Source: Candidatus Omnitrophota bacterium (GTDB taxonomy: Bacteria > Ratteibacteria > UBA8468 > B48-G9 > JAFGKM01). From it: DNA of 64,000 nt. The translations under genes and the position numbers were made by a program. The stretch covers positions 2,315 to 66,314 of the forward strand of contig JAFGKM010000051.1 in the NCBI GenBank assembly GCA_016928555.1, read 5' to 3'. The notes under the pieces are model-generated. The model did no database searches. It was not told the origin of the DNA and was given only the letters and a program-made list of their open reading frames with translations. The first letter of the stretch is position 1. Every line of letters begins with the position of its first letter. This document shows positions 10,555 through 18,747 of the stretch, piece by piece.

Positions 10555-11580
10555 TTACCTTCCTTTTATCAGAGAGAAAAACTCTTTGAAATTGACATCC
10601 CGGGGCAGAAAGCTCGTAGACATCATCCTCATGTCCTCGTCATACTGCCCTTCCTCGGTATCATCGTTGATATTGACAAACCTTGCCGTTTTACCCGCAG
10701 ATTTCTTTTCAAGGGACAGGCTGTGGCTTTGTTCCGTTATACAGCACCTGTTTTCCTTTGTGTCCGAGACAGGATGGTTTATGCCGTAATGATTCAGAAT
10801 ATCCCCGGAGATTTTTCTCCCCGAGGCAATGCCGGCGGCAAGATGCCCCGTCCCTGCTCCGAAAACGGGTATCCTGCCGAGGAATTTTTTTATAACTGAG
10901 GCGGCCTCCTCTATGACGGCCGGGTTTTCGGGTCCGGATGTGACGTATATTCCCGAGGCGCCGGCCATTATCTCGTCTCTTTCCGGCGCGCCCGGCGGGA
11001 AAAAAATCCAGTCAAACTCGGAATTTTTCAGCGCCGCGGTTTCGCTTTTCTTTACGCCGAGGTTGATGACGGCTATGTAAGGTCTGCCGGTTTTGAGAAT
11101 ATCCTGTTTCGTTTTGACCTGGGCGCAGGCAATGCCGGAGTTCTTCTTCATTTCTTTGAGAACCTTTTCGGTTTCAATGTCTGCCGGAGCGATTCCTGCC
11201 GCCATTCCCCTCCTGTTCCGTATTATCGCAGTCAGGTACTGCGTATCGGAACCTTCAAGCATTGATACGGGCTTGTCCTTCAGAAAATCTGCCAGAGAAC
11301 ATTGCGCCCTGAAGTTGCTGTAAATCTCGCTGTATTCCGAGATTATCACCGCCGAGGGAAAAACCTCTTCCGTTTCCGTGTCCTCATAGTTTATGCCGTA
11401 ATTTCCTATGAGAGGATAAGTAAAACAGACTATTTTGCCGGAGTACTCAGGGGAGGTCAGAACTTTTTCGTATCCCACGACGCGGGTGTCGAAAACCAGC
11501 CTTCCCGTTTTAACGCCTTTTCCGGAAATAATAGTCCCTTCAAAAATTTCCCCGGTTTCAAGAACAATTTTGCCTTTCAT
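10555..11580 (-). CDS. carA: Carbamoyl-phosphate synthase small subunit homologue with degenerate glutaminase site
   Basis: N-domain [10 protein letters not shown]; GAGTGHL replaces GICLGHQ and SFLPR replaces QxHPE. Confidence 0.85.
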   Translation of the reverse strand: MKGKIVLETGEIFEGTIISGKGVKTGRLVFDTRVVGYEKVLTSPEYSGKIVCFTYPLIGNYGINYEDTETEEVFPSAVIISEYSEIYSNFRAQCSLADFLKDKPVSMLEGSDTQYLTAIIRNRRGMAAGIAPADIETEKVLKEMKKNSGIACAQVKTKQDILKTGRPYIAVINLGVKKSETAALKNSEFDWIFFPPGAPERDEIMAGASGIYVTSGPENPAVIEEAASVIKKFLGRIPVFGAGTGHLAAGIASGRKISGDILNHYGINHPVSDTKENRCCITEQSHSLSLEKKSAGKTARFVNINDDTEEGQYDEDMRMMSTSFLPRDVNFKEFFSLIKGR

Positions 11581-11584
11581 GATG

Positions 11585-12919
11585 TTATAATTCCCTCTCT
11601 TTATCTTTTATCCTCTTTCCCGTAAAGCAGGAAAGGCATAGATGGTTTGCGGGCAGTCCTACTGCGCCTATGAAATCTTCAAGAGAGTTGTATCTCAGGG
11701 TATCGGCGCCTATCTTTTCCCGTATGCCCTCAAGAGAAAGCCTTTTGGCCGCAAGCTCCCTGTAAGAGCGGGTGGAGATGCCGTAGAAACACGGCGCTAT
11801 GAGCGGAGGACAGGCTATTCTCACATGGACCTCTTTTGCTCCCGCATGCTTGAGTTCCATGACTTTGAACTGTATCTGCGTCCCTCTTACGATGGAATCG
11901 TCGCACAGGACTATCCTTTTCCCCTTGACGTTTTCTTTTATTACCGACAGTTTTATGCGGGCCTCCTCGTCCCTGCTTTCCTGTGTGTGCCTGGTATAGC
12001 TTCTGCTGGCGAACCTGTCCAGAAGAAAAACCTCCTGGTAAGGTATTTTTGACTCCTTGTGGTAGCCCAGTGCGCATCCTATGCCGGACATCGGGACCGG
12101 CGCAACTATGTCGGCCTCAATTTTTCCGTCTTTTTTCGCAAGCCTTGAACCGAAGTTTTCGCGGACCCTTATAACTGGTATGCCTTCAATTATAGAGTCG
12201 GTGGAGGCTATGTATGCCCATTCAAAAGCGCAGAATGCGGGATGCCCGTTTTTTACTCTGGCAAGAGTTTTTACGCCGTCTTTATTTATGAAGACGATTT
12301 CTCCCGGTTCAACGTCCCTGTGCAATTCCAAGCCCAGCAGGTCAAACGGCCTTGATTCGGACGAAACGGCAAACCGGTTTTTCCCTTTTCCAAGTATCAG
12401 CGGTTTGAAGCCGTAAGGGTCCCTTGCGGCATAAATGCCGCTTTTTGTGAGAATGACAAGACTGTAGGCGCCTTTAACTTTACTGCTCAGATTTGCTATC
12501 CCCGTAAGAAAGTCCTTTTCATAGGAGATTAATTTGCCGAGAAGTTCAATATCCGTTTCGCTGTTGAAAGAATGGCCTTTCTCTTTCAGCCCGGCTCTCA
12601 GCTTCTTTCCGTTCATTATGTTGCCGCTGAACGCTATTGCGAATTTTCCCATGCGGGATATTAAAAAAATGGGCTGGCGTTCTTTTAAGCTGACGTGCCC
12701 TATTCCCGAGAAGCCTTTCAGGCAGCGGATTTCATCTTCCGAAAAGGTATGCCTTACAAAACCCTTGTGGGTTGTAAGATAGATGTTCCCGGAACGGGTG
12801 GCTATTCCGCAGTATCTCTGTCCGCGGTGCTGAAGCTTGAAGATTCCGTAATAAACGTCTTTGGCCGCATTTTCCCTGCCGGCATTGTACAAACCGAAAA
12901 TTCCGCAGTTCTCATCCAT
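11585..12919 (-). CDS. purF: Amidophosphoribosyltransferase (Fe-S type) with divergent glutamine site
   Basis: CGIFG, LQHRGQ, RDPYGFKPL, DDSIVRGT; Fe-S Cys in CAFE, PCFYG and CLSC. Confidence 0.92.
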   Translation of the reverse strand: MDENCGIFGLYNAGRENAAKDVYYGIFKLQHRGQRYCGIATRSGNIYLTTHKGFVRHTFSEDEIRCLKGFSGIGHVSLKERQPIFLISRMGKFAIAFSGNIMNGKKLRAGLKEKGHSFNSETDIELLGKLISYEKDFLTGIANLSSKVKGAYSLVILTKSGIYAARDPYGFKPLILGKGKNRFAVSSESRPFDLLGLELHRDVEPGEIVFINKDGVKTLARVKNGHPAFCAFEWAYIASTDSIIEGIPVIRVRENFGSRLAKKDGKIEADIVAPVPMSGIGCALGYHKESKIPYQEVFLLDRFASRSYTRHTQESRDEEARIKLSVIKENVKGKRIVLCDDSIVRGTQIQFKVMELKHAGAKEVHVRIACPPLIAPCFYGISTRSYRELAAKRLSLEGIREKIGADTLRYNSLEDFIGAVGLPANHLCLSCFTGKRIKDKEREL

Positions 12920-12937
12920 TGTGAATTTTTCAGATTA

Positions 12938-13876
12938 TTAAATGTATTCTATGGTGCTGGGTGGTTTCGGCGTTATGTCGTAAACGACTTTGACGACTTC
13001 CGGGACTTCTTCCAGAATCCTGTCGCGTATCTTGTAAAGAACGGGCCACGGAATCTTTGACGGCTGCGCCGTAAGCGCGTCTTTGGAATTAACGGCCCTC
13101 ACGGCGATAATATCTCCGTAGACTCTTTTACCGTTTACCATTCCGGTGGCTCTGTCCGACATAAGAACGGCAAGAACCTGGAATATGCTCTCGCCCGTTA
13201 TGGCAGTTTCCACGATTTTGGTAGCCTTGCGGACTTTTTCAACCCGTTCGGGAGTAACCTCGCCTATTATCCTGGTAGCCAGCCCGGGGCCGGGAAACGG
13301 TTTTCTGTCGGCGAATTTTTTTGGCATGCCGAGTTTTTTTGCGACTTCACGGACCTGATGTTTATATATTTCCCTCAACGGCTCAACTATTTTTAATCCG
13401 AAATGCGCCGGGTTTATTCCTATCTGCGAGAGCACGTTGTGCTGTGTTTTTATTCCTTTCTGCGTTTCGGCTATGTCCGCGGCTATGGTCCCCTGTATGA
13501 GGAAATCCACGGAATAGCTCTTGACCGCCTGTCCGAGGGTTTTATAGAAGAGGTCCCGGAAAACTATCCTTTTTTCCTCTGGGTCGGTCTTGCCTTTTAA
13601 GCCATCAAAAAACTTGTCTTTGACATCCCATATCTGCAGTTCAATGCCCGCGTTATCAAAAAACTTCCGTATCTCTTCAGGCTCTCCCTCCCTCATGAGC
13701 CCGTCGTCGAGAAAAAGCACTATGATGTTGCCGCCGAGGGCTTTTCTGGCAAGCATGGCGCACGTCATGCTGTCGACTCCTCCCGAAACGGCTATAAGCG
13801 TCCTTTTTGTCCTGCTGATTTTTTTCTGAAGCTCTTCGGTTTTCTGGTTGATGAATTTTACGGCCGCAAAACTCAT
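12938..13876 (-). CDS. guaA: GMP synthase ATP-pyrophosphatase subunit only (GuaAB-type)
   Basis: SGGVDS PP-loop, DPEEKR, PFPGPGLA, YDITPKPPSTIEYI; 312 aa with no GATase domain. Confidence 0.9.
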   Translation of the reverse strand: MSFAAVKFINQKTEELQKKISRTKRTLIAVSGGVDSMTCAMLARKALGGNIIVLFLDDGLMREGEPEEIRKFFDNAGIELQIWDVKDKFFDGLKGKTDPEEKRIVFRDLFYKTLGQAVKSYSVDFLIQGTIAADIAETQKGIKTQHNVLSQIGINPAHFGLKIVEPLREIYKHQVREVAKKLGMPKKFADRKPFPGPGLATRIIGEVTPERVEKVRKATKIVETAITGESIFQVLAVLMSDRATGMVNGKRVYGDIIAVRAVNSKDALTAQPSKIPWPVLYKIRDRILEEVPEVVKVVYDITPKPPSTIEYI

Positions 13877-13895
13877 GTTATTCTCCTTTACATTT

Positions 13896-13980
13896 AAGCG
13901 TATGGCGTATAGCGTTTAGCGTATAGTTAAAAGCTTTTAAGCTTCTAATTGTATTTTCTATGCGCTGTACGCTATCCGCT
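13896..13980. repeat. Heptamer-based inverted repeat element (family B)
   Basis: gcgtatg/gcgtata/gcgttta units, then complementary ctatgcg/ctgtacg/ctatccg units; shares 23 nt with 33589-33611. Confidence 0.75.
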
Positions 13981-14042
13981 GTTTTTATAAGGGGTTTCGT
14001 TTTATCAGCTTAGTTTCTCCATGGGGCGTTCTTTAAAGATTA

Positions 14043-14072
14043 ATTATAACATTCATGGAAACAGCGCGTCAA
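14043..14072 (-). promoter_or_regulatory. Putative sigma70 promoter of the guaA-purF-carAB operon
   Basis: TTGACG-18 nt-TATAAT with extended -10 TG. Confidence 0.6.
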
Positions 14073-15129
14073 AACCTTTTTTTCCTCCCGACAAATCCGT
14101 AAGAACGGCGTTAATCTTCAAATAAAAAAGAGGAATACCCTCGGGAAATTTCCCTTCCAGCTTGACATAATCCTTTTCAGTCGCAACTATATAATCCGTT
14201 TTCTTTCTCATGAACAGGCCGGTCAATTCGGCAATGTCAAAATCCCTGTAATTGAAGTGGTCCGGATATGCGGCCGCATATATTCTGTCAGGCGACAATT
14301 TGAAAAGAAGATGGAAAAAATTCATGGGGTTACCTATTCCCGCCGCCGCAATAATCCTTTTTCCGCAGACTGAAGAGGCGGGAATTTCAATTTCGGAATT
14401 TTTCAGGCACTCAATCTCATAATCCATGACAAATACGGGCCTTTTGAACCGGTCAAGGTAAGATACAAGCGTTTTTCTCTCCTTCTCTCCTGCCATATAC
14501 GGGTGCGTAAGCACAAAAACGTCCGCTCTTTTCAGTGAACCGAGCGGTTCTCTGAGCATCCCCGAAGGGATAACCCTTTTATTGTCAAAGGGGTTTGACA
14601 TATCCAGCAAGAGAATGTCAGCATCCCTGTATATTCGGCGGGAATGGAATCCGTCGTCTATCACGGCCGTATCGCCGGGCCTATTCATCTTTTCTTCCAG
14701 TTTTTTTATCTCCGCTGGATTTTTTGAGGCCAAATACAGTCCCGGGAAATTTCTGCCCATCATCCGGATTTCGTCGGCAGTTCTGGAAGAAGGCGCCGCC
14801 CCGGATGATAAAACGGCAATCCTGCGCCCTTTTTCCCTCAAGGTTTTGACCATGCCCATCACCATAGGCGTTTTTCCCGTACCGCCGGAAACAATGTTGC
14901 CTGCGCTTATGACCGAAAAACCGAATTTTTCAGGGGTAGTAAAAAGTCTCTTAAGGAAAATTGACGCAAGATAAAAAAGGGTGAAAGGAAGCAGGTATGC
15001 CGAAAGAATTTTAAAAAACAGCGATTTTCTGCGGAACAGGAACCTTCTATAGAAAAAATTAAAAAAGGGTCTGCTCGTTCTCAGAGACGCGGTTTCCAAG
15101 AGGTATTTCAACTTTTCCGAATTCTCCAT
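14053..15129 (-). CDS. lpxK: Tetraacyldisaccharide 4'-kinase
   Basis: GNIVSGGTGKTP, DDGF, PSGMLRE, AGIGNP, PDH, TEKDYVK; start uncertain. Confidence 0.88.
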   Translation of the reverse strand: MENSEKLKYLLETASLRTSRPFFNFFYRRFLFRRKSLFFKILSAYLLPFTLFYLASIFLKRLFTTPEKFGFSVISAGNIVSGGTGKTPMVMGMVKTLREKGRRIAVLSSGAAPSSRTADEIRMMGRNFPGLYLASKNPAEIKKLEEKMNRPGDTAVIDDGFHSRRIYRDADILLLDMSNPFDNKRVIPSGMLREPLGSLKRADVFVLTHPYMAGEKERKTLVSYLDRFKRPVFVMDYEIECLKNSEIEIPASSVCGKRIIAAAGIGNPMNFFHLLFKLSPDRIYAAAYPDHFNYRDFDIAELTGLFMRKKTDYIVATEKDYVKLEGKFPEGIPLFYLKINAVLTDLSGGKKGFDALFP

Positions 15130-16288
15130 CGTATCCAGGTACAATTTTTACTCTCCCTTTTCTGACCGCCCGTATCCCCTCAATGATATTTTCGTCTATT
15201 TTGCCGTACATCTCTTCTTCGGGAATTTCAAGAAGAACGGACAGTTCGGTTCCGAACCGTTCGATAATTTCTTTATATTTGTTTCTTACAAGAACGGAAT
15301 CAGGCTTTTTCCCAAGTATGCTGCCTATTATCTGGTCAAGGGGGACAAGTTTTTTGAAAGGGATGAACCTGTCGGGTTTTTCTCCGTATTTTCTGTCGGA
15401 GAGTTCACATACCCTGTTCATTACACCTATCGTGACCTTTCTTCCGCAGACCGGGCACAGATTGTTGTTTTTTCGCGTTTCCTCCGGGGAAAGGCACAGA
15501 TTGCAGTTCCTGTGGCCGTCAAAGTGGTATTTTCCCTCTTCCGGGAAGTATTCAACGGTTGATAGGAATTTTCCGCCGTCCTTGCTTTTTAATATGTTTT
15601 TCAATCCGGGCAGGTCAAATTTTCCGCCGAATATGTTGGCTTCCCTTCCGATTTTAGCCGCCGAATGCGCGTCGGAATTGGAGATAAATGAAAACCTGTC
15701 CAGAGAAGAGACCATCCAGTTCATTGCCGGGTCGCTGCTCAAGCCCGTTTCAAGCGCAAAGATTTCGGAAGCCATGTCTCCGAAACATTCCTGGATGGAA
15801 TCAAAACCGGAGTTGGAGCCGAAGAGGGAAAAATGGGGCGTCCAGATGTGGGCGGGTACCACGAATCCCTTTTCATCTGCGTCTTTTACTATTTTCACGA
15901 GCTCTTTCGCCTCCATCTGCAGTATCGGCCTGCCGTCGGCGTTTATGTCTCCGTAGCGCTCAAGCACTCTGTTAAGCTTATCGGCTCCGGCAAATGAGGA
16001 GAGAAAAAGGATGTTGTGTATTTTTTTCACCTTCCCTTTCTCGTCAAAAATGTTGCACGCTTCCCCCGTAAGGATAAAATCAATGCCTCCGTATTGATAA
16101 ATGCCTTCCCTGTCAGTCTCCTTGAAGAGGTTGGTTAATTCGTGGAACCACAGAAAGTGGGTTATATCGCCGGTGCCGAGAAGGTTTATTCCTTTATATT
16201 TAGCCCAGCGCGCCAGTTCGGGTATCTCCATGTTTTTGCTTGTGGCGCGGCTGTATTTTGAATGTATGTGAAAATCCGCTATGTACAT
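15059..16288 (-). CDS. Endonuclease Q family PHP-domain protein
   Basis: ADFHIHSKYSRATS, PAHIWTP, SNSDAHS, GKYHFDGHRNC, CPVC, PGYDGEFG. Confidence 0.88.
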   Translation of the reverse strand: MYIADFHIHSKYSRATSKNMEIPELARWAKYKGINLLGTGDITHFLWFHELTNLFKETDREGIYQYGGIDFILTGEACNIFDEKGKVKKIHNILFLSSFAGADKLNRVLERYGDINADGRPILQMEAKELVKIVKDADEKGFVVPAHIWTPHFSLFGSNSGFDSIQECFGDMASEIFALETGLSSDPAMNWMVSSLDRFSFISNSDAHSAAKIGREANIFGGKFDLPGLKNILKSKDGGKFLSTVEYFPEEGKYHFDGHRNCNLCLSPEETRKNNNLCPVCGRKVTIGVMNRVCELSDRKYGEKPDRFIPFKKLVPLDQIIGSILGKKPDSVLVRNKYKEIIERFGTELSVLLEIPEEEMYGKIDENIIEGIRAVRKGRVKIVPGYDGEFGKVEIPLGNRVSENEQTLF

Positions 16289-16849
16289 TTATCCCGAACT
16301 CCCCTTTGAAATTTTAAAATGCGAGGGATTTGGATTTAATGCTTTTCTGCCCTTTTTTATCTTTTTGAATTCGGCATAAAGAAGTCCGTAAAGCTGTTCA
16401 AGCGACTGTGAAATGATTTTAGTCTTGCACACAACAGGTGCGAAGTTGGTATCTCCGGTCCATCTCGGGACTACATGCATGTGTATGTGGGTCTTGAGGC
16501 CTGCGCCGGCGGCTCTGCCGATGTTGATGCCTATGTTGAAACCCTGCGGGTTAAGCACCTTTCCCAGTATTTTCACGGACGTTTTGATGAGAAACATGAA
16601 TTCCCTCTCTTCTTCAGGGCTCAAATTTTCAATCGTGCTTATATGCCTGTTGGGGACAACCATGATATGTCCGTTGTTATACGGAAACAGGTTGAGTATC
16701 ACGAAGCAGCGTTTTCCTCTGTATACGAGATAGTTTTTTTCGTCTCCGGCCTTTGCTTTGAGAGCTTTGCACAGGAAGCATCCCTTGGGCGGAATCTGCC
16801 TTATGTAAGCCAGCCGCCACGGCGCCCACAGGATATCTTTTTTATACAT
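16289..16849 (-). CDS. HIT-family hydrolase (Ap4A phosphorylase-like)
   Basis: LWAPWR, NLFPYNNGH, HIHMHVVPRW. Confidence 0.9.
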   Translation of the reverse strand: MYKKDILWAPWRLAYIRQIPPKGCFLCKALKAKAGDEKNYLVYRGKRCFVILNLFPYNNGHIMVVPNRHISTIENLSPEEEREFMFLIKTSVKILGKVLNPQGFNIGINIGRAAGAGLKTHIHMHVVPRWTGDTNFAPVVCKTKIISQSLEQLYGLLYAEFKKIKKGRKALNPNPSHFKISKGSSG

Positions 16850-18227
16850 TTTTCAAAAATCCTTCCCTGTTTTCTTTCAGGTATTTCGCAAGGTCTCTTT
16901 TCCTGTTTTTAATTATACCATCAAGGACCATGCCTTCAAGCGCTTTTTTTGCTTCTCCGACTTTTTTCCCGGGCTGTATTCCGAGCAGTTCCATTATCGC
17001 GTAGCCGTCAAGCGCGAGACTGAAAGAGGTAAGCCTGTCTTTTCTGTTAAGCTCCTTTACCCTGTTTTCAAGAAGGGTAAGCTTTTCCATGGCGTTTTTT
17101 ACCCTCGCGGGATTGTGGCTCGTCAGATCGGCTTTGGCGAGGGCGAAGAGAGGGCGCAGGTCTTTCCCGAGTTCCCTGATGAAACGCCTGAGTGCGTTGT
17201 CCGTGGGATTCTCTTTTGCCAGCAGGTGCGGCCTCAGGTGAAAACGTATCAGCCTGCCTATGTACCGGTTTTTTTCCTCCGGAATGTTCAGGCGGCGGCA
17301 GAGGGAATATGCCATTTTCTGCCCGACGAATTCATGCCTGTGGAAGCTTACCTTTCCCTTGTCCAGCATGAATGTTTTCGGCTTGCCGATGTCGTGCAGG
17401 AGAGCGGCCATTCTCAGATAAACGTCCTTCGTATGCCCGCTTACGTTGTCAAGCACCTTGAGAGTATGCGGAAAAAGTTCTTTGCAGGGTGCCGCCTGTT
17501 TTTCCTTCAGTCCGTGAACCTCCGGAAGTATAAGCGCAAGCGCGCCTGTCTCGTCAAGCAGATAAAATCCCCTTGAAGGCATGCGCGATTCGAGCATCTT
17601 CATTATTTCGTCAGATATCCTCTCCCTGCTGACGATTGAAAGACGGGAGACGTTTTTCCTCATGCCTTCCATCGTTTCTTTTTCTATGTTGAACATAAAT
17701 TTTGAAGCGAAACGTATGCCTCTGAGAATTCTCAGCGGGTCGTCATAAAAGGTCCTGTCCGGAGAAACGGGCGTTTTTATTATCTTCTTTTTTATATCCT
17801 CGCGTCCTCCGTAGAAATCAAGGATTTCGCCCGTTGCAAGGTTTTCGGCTATTGCGTTGACGGTGAAATCTCTTCTTGCGCAGTCCTCTTCTATTGTTGC
17901 CTTCCAAACGTCCGGCTTTCTTGAGTCTTCGGGATAGCTTTCCTTGCGGGCTGTCGCAAACTCAAGTTTGATTCCGGGGATTTCAATCATGGCTGTACCG
18001 AATTTTCCGTAGAAAACGGGGGGTGGGAAGCGGTGCTCCCGGGCGAATTTCTTTGCGAACGACAGGGCATCCTGCTCCATAACTATATCAATGTCGCTGC
18101 TTTTCCTCCTGAGAAGCCTGTCCCTTATATAGCCGCCAACAAGGTAAACATGGATGCTGTTTTTTCCCGCAAAAATGCGGATTTTCTCAAGAATTTCCTC
18201 GGAAGCGCTCTCTCTTTTTCTTTTCAT
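16842..18227 (-). CDS. cca: CCA tRNA nucleotidyltransferase with HD domain
   Basis: VGGYIRD, DID, RRDFTVNA, DDPLRILR, LLHDIGK. Confidence 0.88.
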   Translation of the reverse strand: MKRKRESASEEILEKIRIFAGKNSIHVYLVGGYIRDRLLRRKSSDIDIVMEQDALSFAKKFAREHRFPPPVFYGKFGTAMIEIPGIKLEFATARKESYPEDSRKPDVWKATIEEDCARRDFTVNAIAENLATGEILDFYGGREDIKKKIIKTPVSPDRTFYDDPLRILRGIRFASKFMFNIEKETMEGMRKNVSRLSIVSRERISDEIMKMLESRMPSRGFYLLDETGALALILPEVHGLKEKQAAPCKELFPHTLKVLDNVSGHTKDVYLRMAALLHDIGKPKTFMLDKGKVSFHRHEFVGQKMAYSLCRRLNIPEEKNRYIGRLIRFHLRPHLLAKENPTDNALRRFIRELGKDLRPLFALAKADLTSHNPARVKNAMEKLTLLENRVKELNRKDRLTSFSLALDGYAIMELLGIQPGKKVGEAKKALEGMVLDGIIKNRKRDLAKYLKENREGFLKNV

Positions 18228-18589
18228 TTTTCAATGCCTACGGCCGCTCCGTCAAGCTCTATTATTTCAACATGGGTATTCTTAAGCAGTTTTTTCAGCG
18301 GTTTTCTGCTTATCGTGCTTAATGCGGCCACCATGCTTTGACGGACGGCAAGGGTTTTACCAACCTTAACGGATGCGCCGTTTTTGCCCGTAATCAGCAC
18401 GCCTATGTAACCATTTTCAGATTTGAAAAGACGGCCTTCGGCCGGCGTGCAGGTGAAAGCCGAAGGATCCTGCCGTACCGTGGAAACCCTGAACCTTCTA
18501 AATTCCCCCTGTTCGTCGGGAACCTTTATGCTCCGTATTTCCACAAGTCTGCTTCCTACGCAAGAGTTGTTTTGTTTTATCCAATCCAT
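18224..18589 (-). CDS. Hypothetical protein (121 aa)
   Basis: ATGA overlap with cca; ATG at 18589 lies downstream of a promoter match. Confidence 0.6.
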   Translation of the reverse strand: MDWIKQNNSCVGSRLVEIRSIKVPDEQGEFRRFRVSTVRQDPSAFTCTPAEGRLFKSENGYIGVLITGKNGASVKVGKTLAVRQSMVAALSTISRKPLKKLLKNTHVEIIELDGAAVGIEK

Positions 18590-18618
18590 AAGTTTTCGGA
18601 GTGCTTTATATTTCCAAG

Positions 18619-18647
18619 AGTATAACAGCAATTCCCGAAAAAAGCAA
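18619..18647 (-). promoter_or_regulatory. Putative sigma70 promoter (hypothetical-cca operon)
   Basis: TTGCTT-17-TATACT with extended TG. Confidence 0.55.
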
Positions 18648-18700
18648 CCGTTCTTTTCCGCTTTTTACTTTTTTTTTCCGTCTAAAATCAGTCCGCATAT

Positions 18701-18729
18701 TTGACAGTATCCCCCAAATTTAATAAAAT
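18701..18729 (+). promoter_or_regulatory. Putative sigma70 promoter of nusA operon
   Basis: TTGACA-17-TAAAAT followed by GGAGGT SD. Confidence 0.7.
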
Positions 18730-18747
18730 GATTGCGGAGGTGTTTTG

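Noticed and set aside
10555-11580. Calling carA a pseudogene
   Set aside because: The frame is intact and near full length, tightly coupled to purF and carB, and keeps its N-domain motifs.
13877-14040. Purine, ZTP or PRPP riboswitch upstream of guaA-purF
   Set aside because: I could not find the consensus motifs; the structure is explained by the heptamer repeat.
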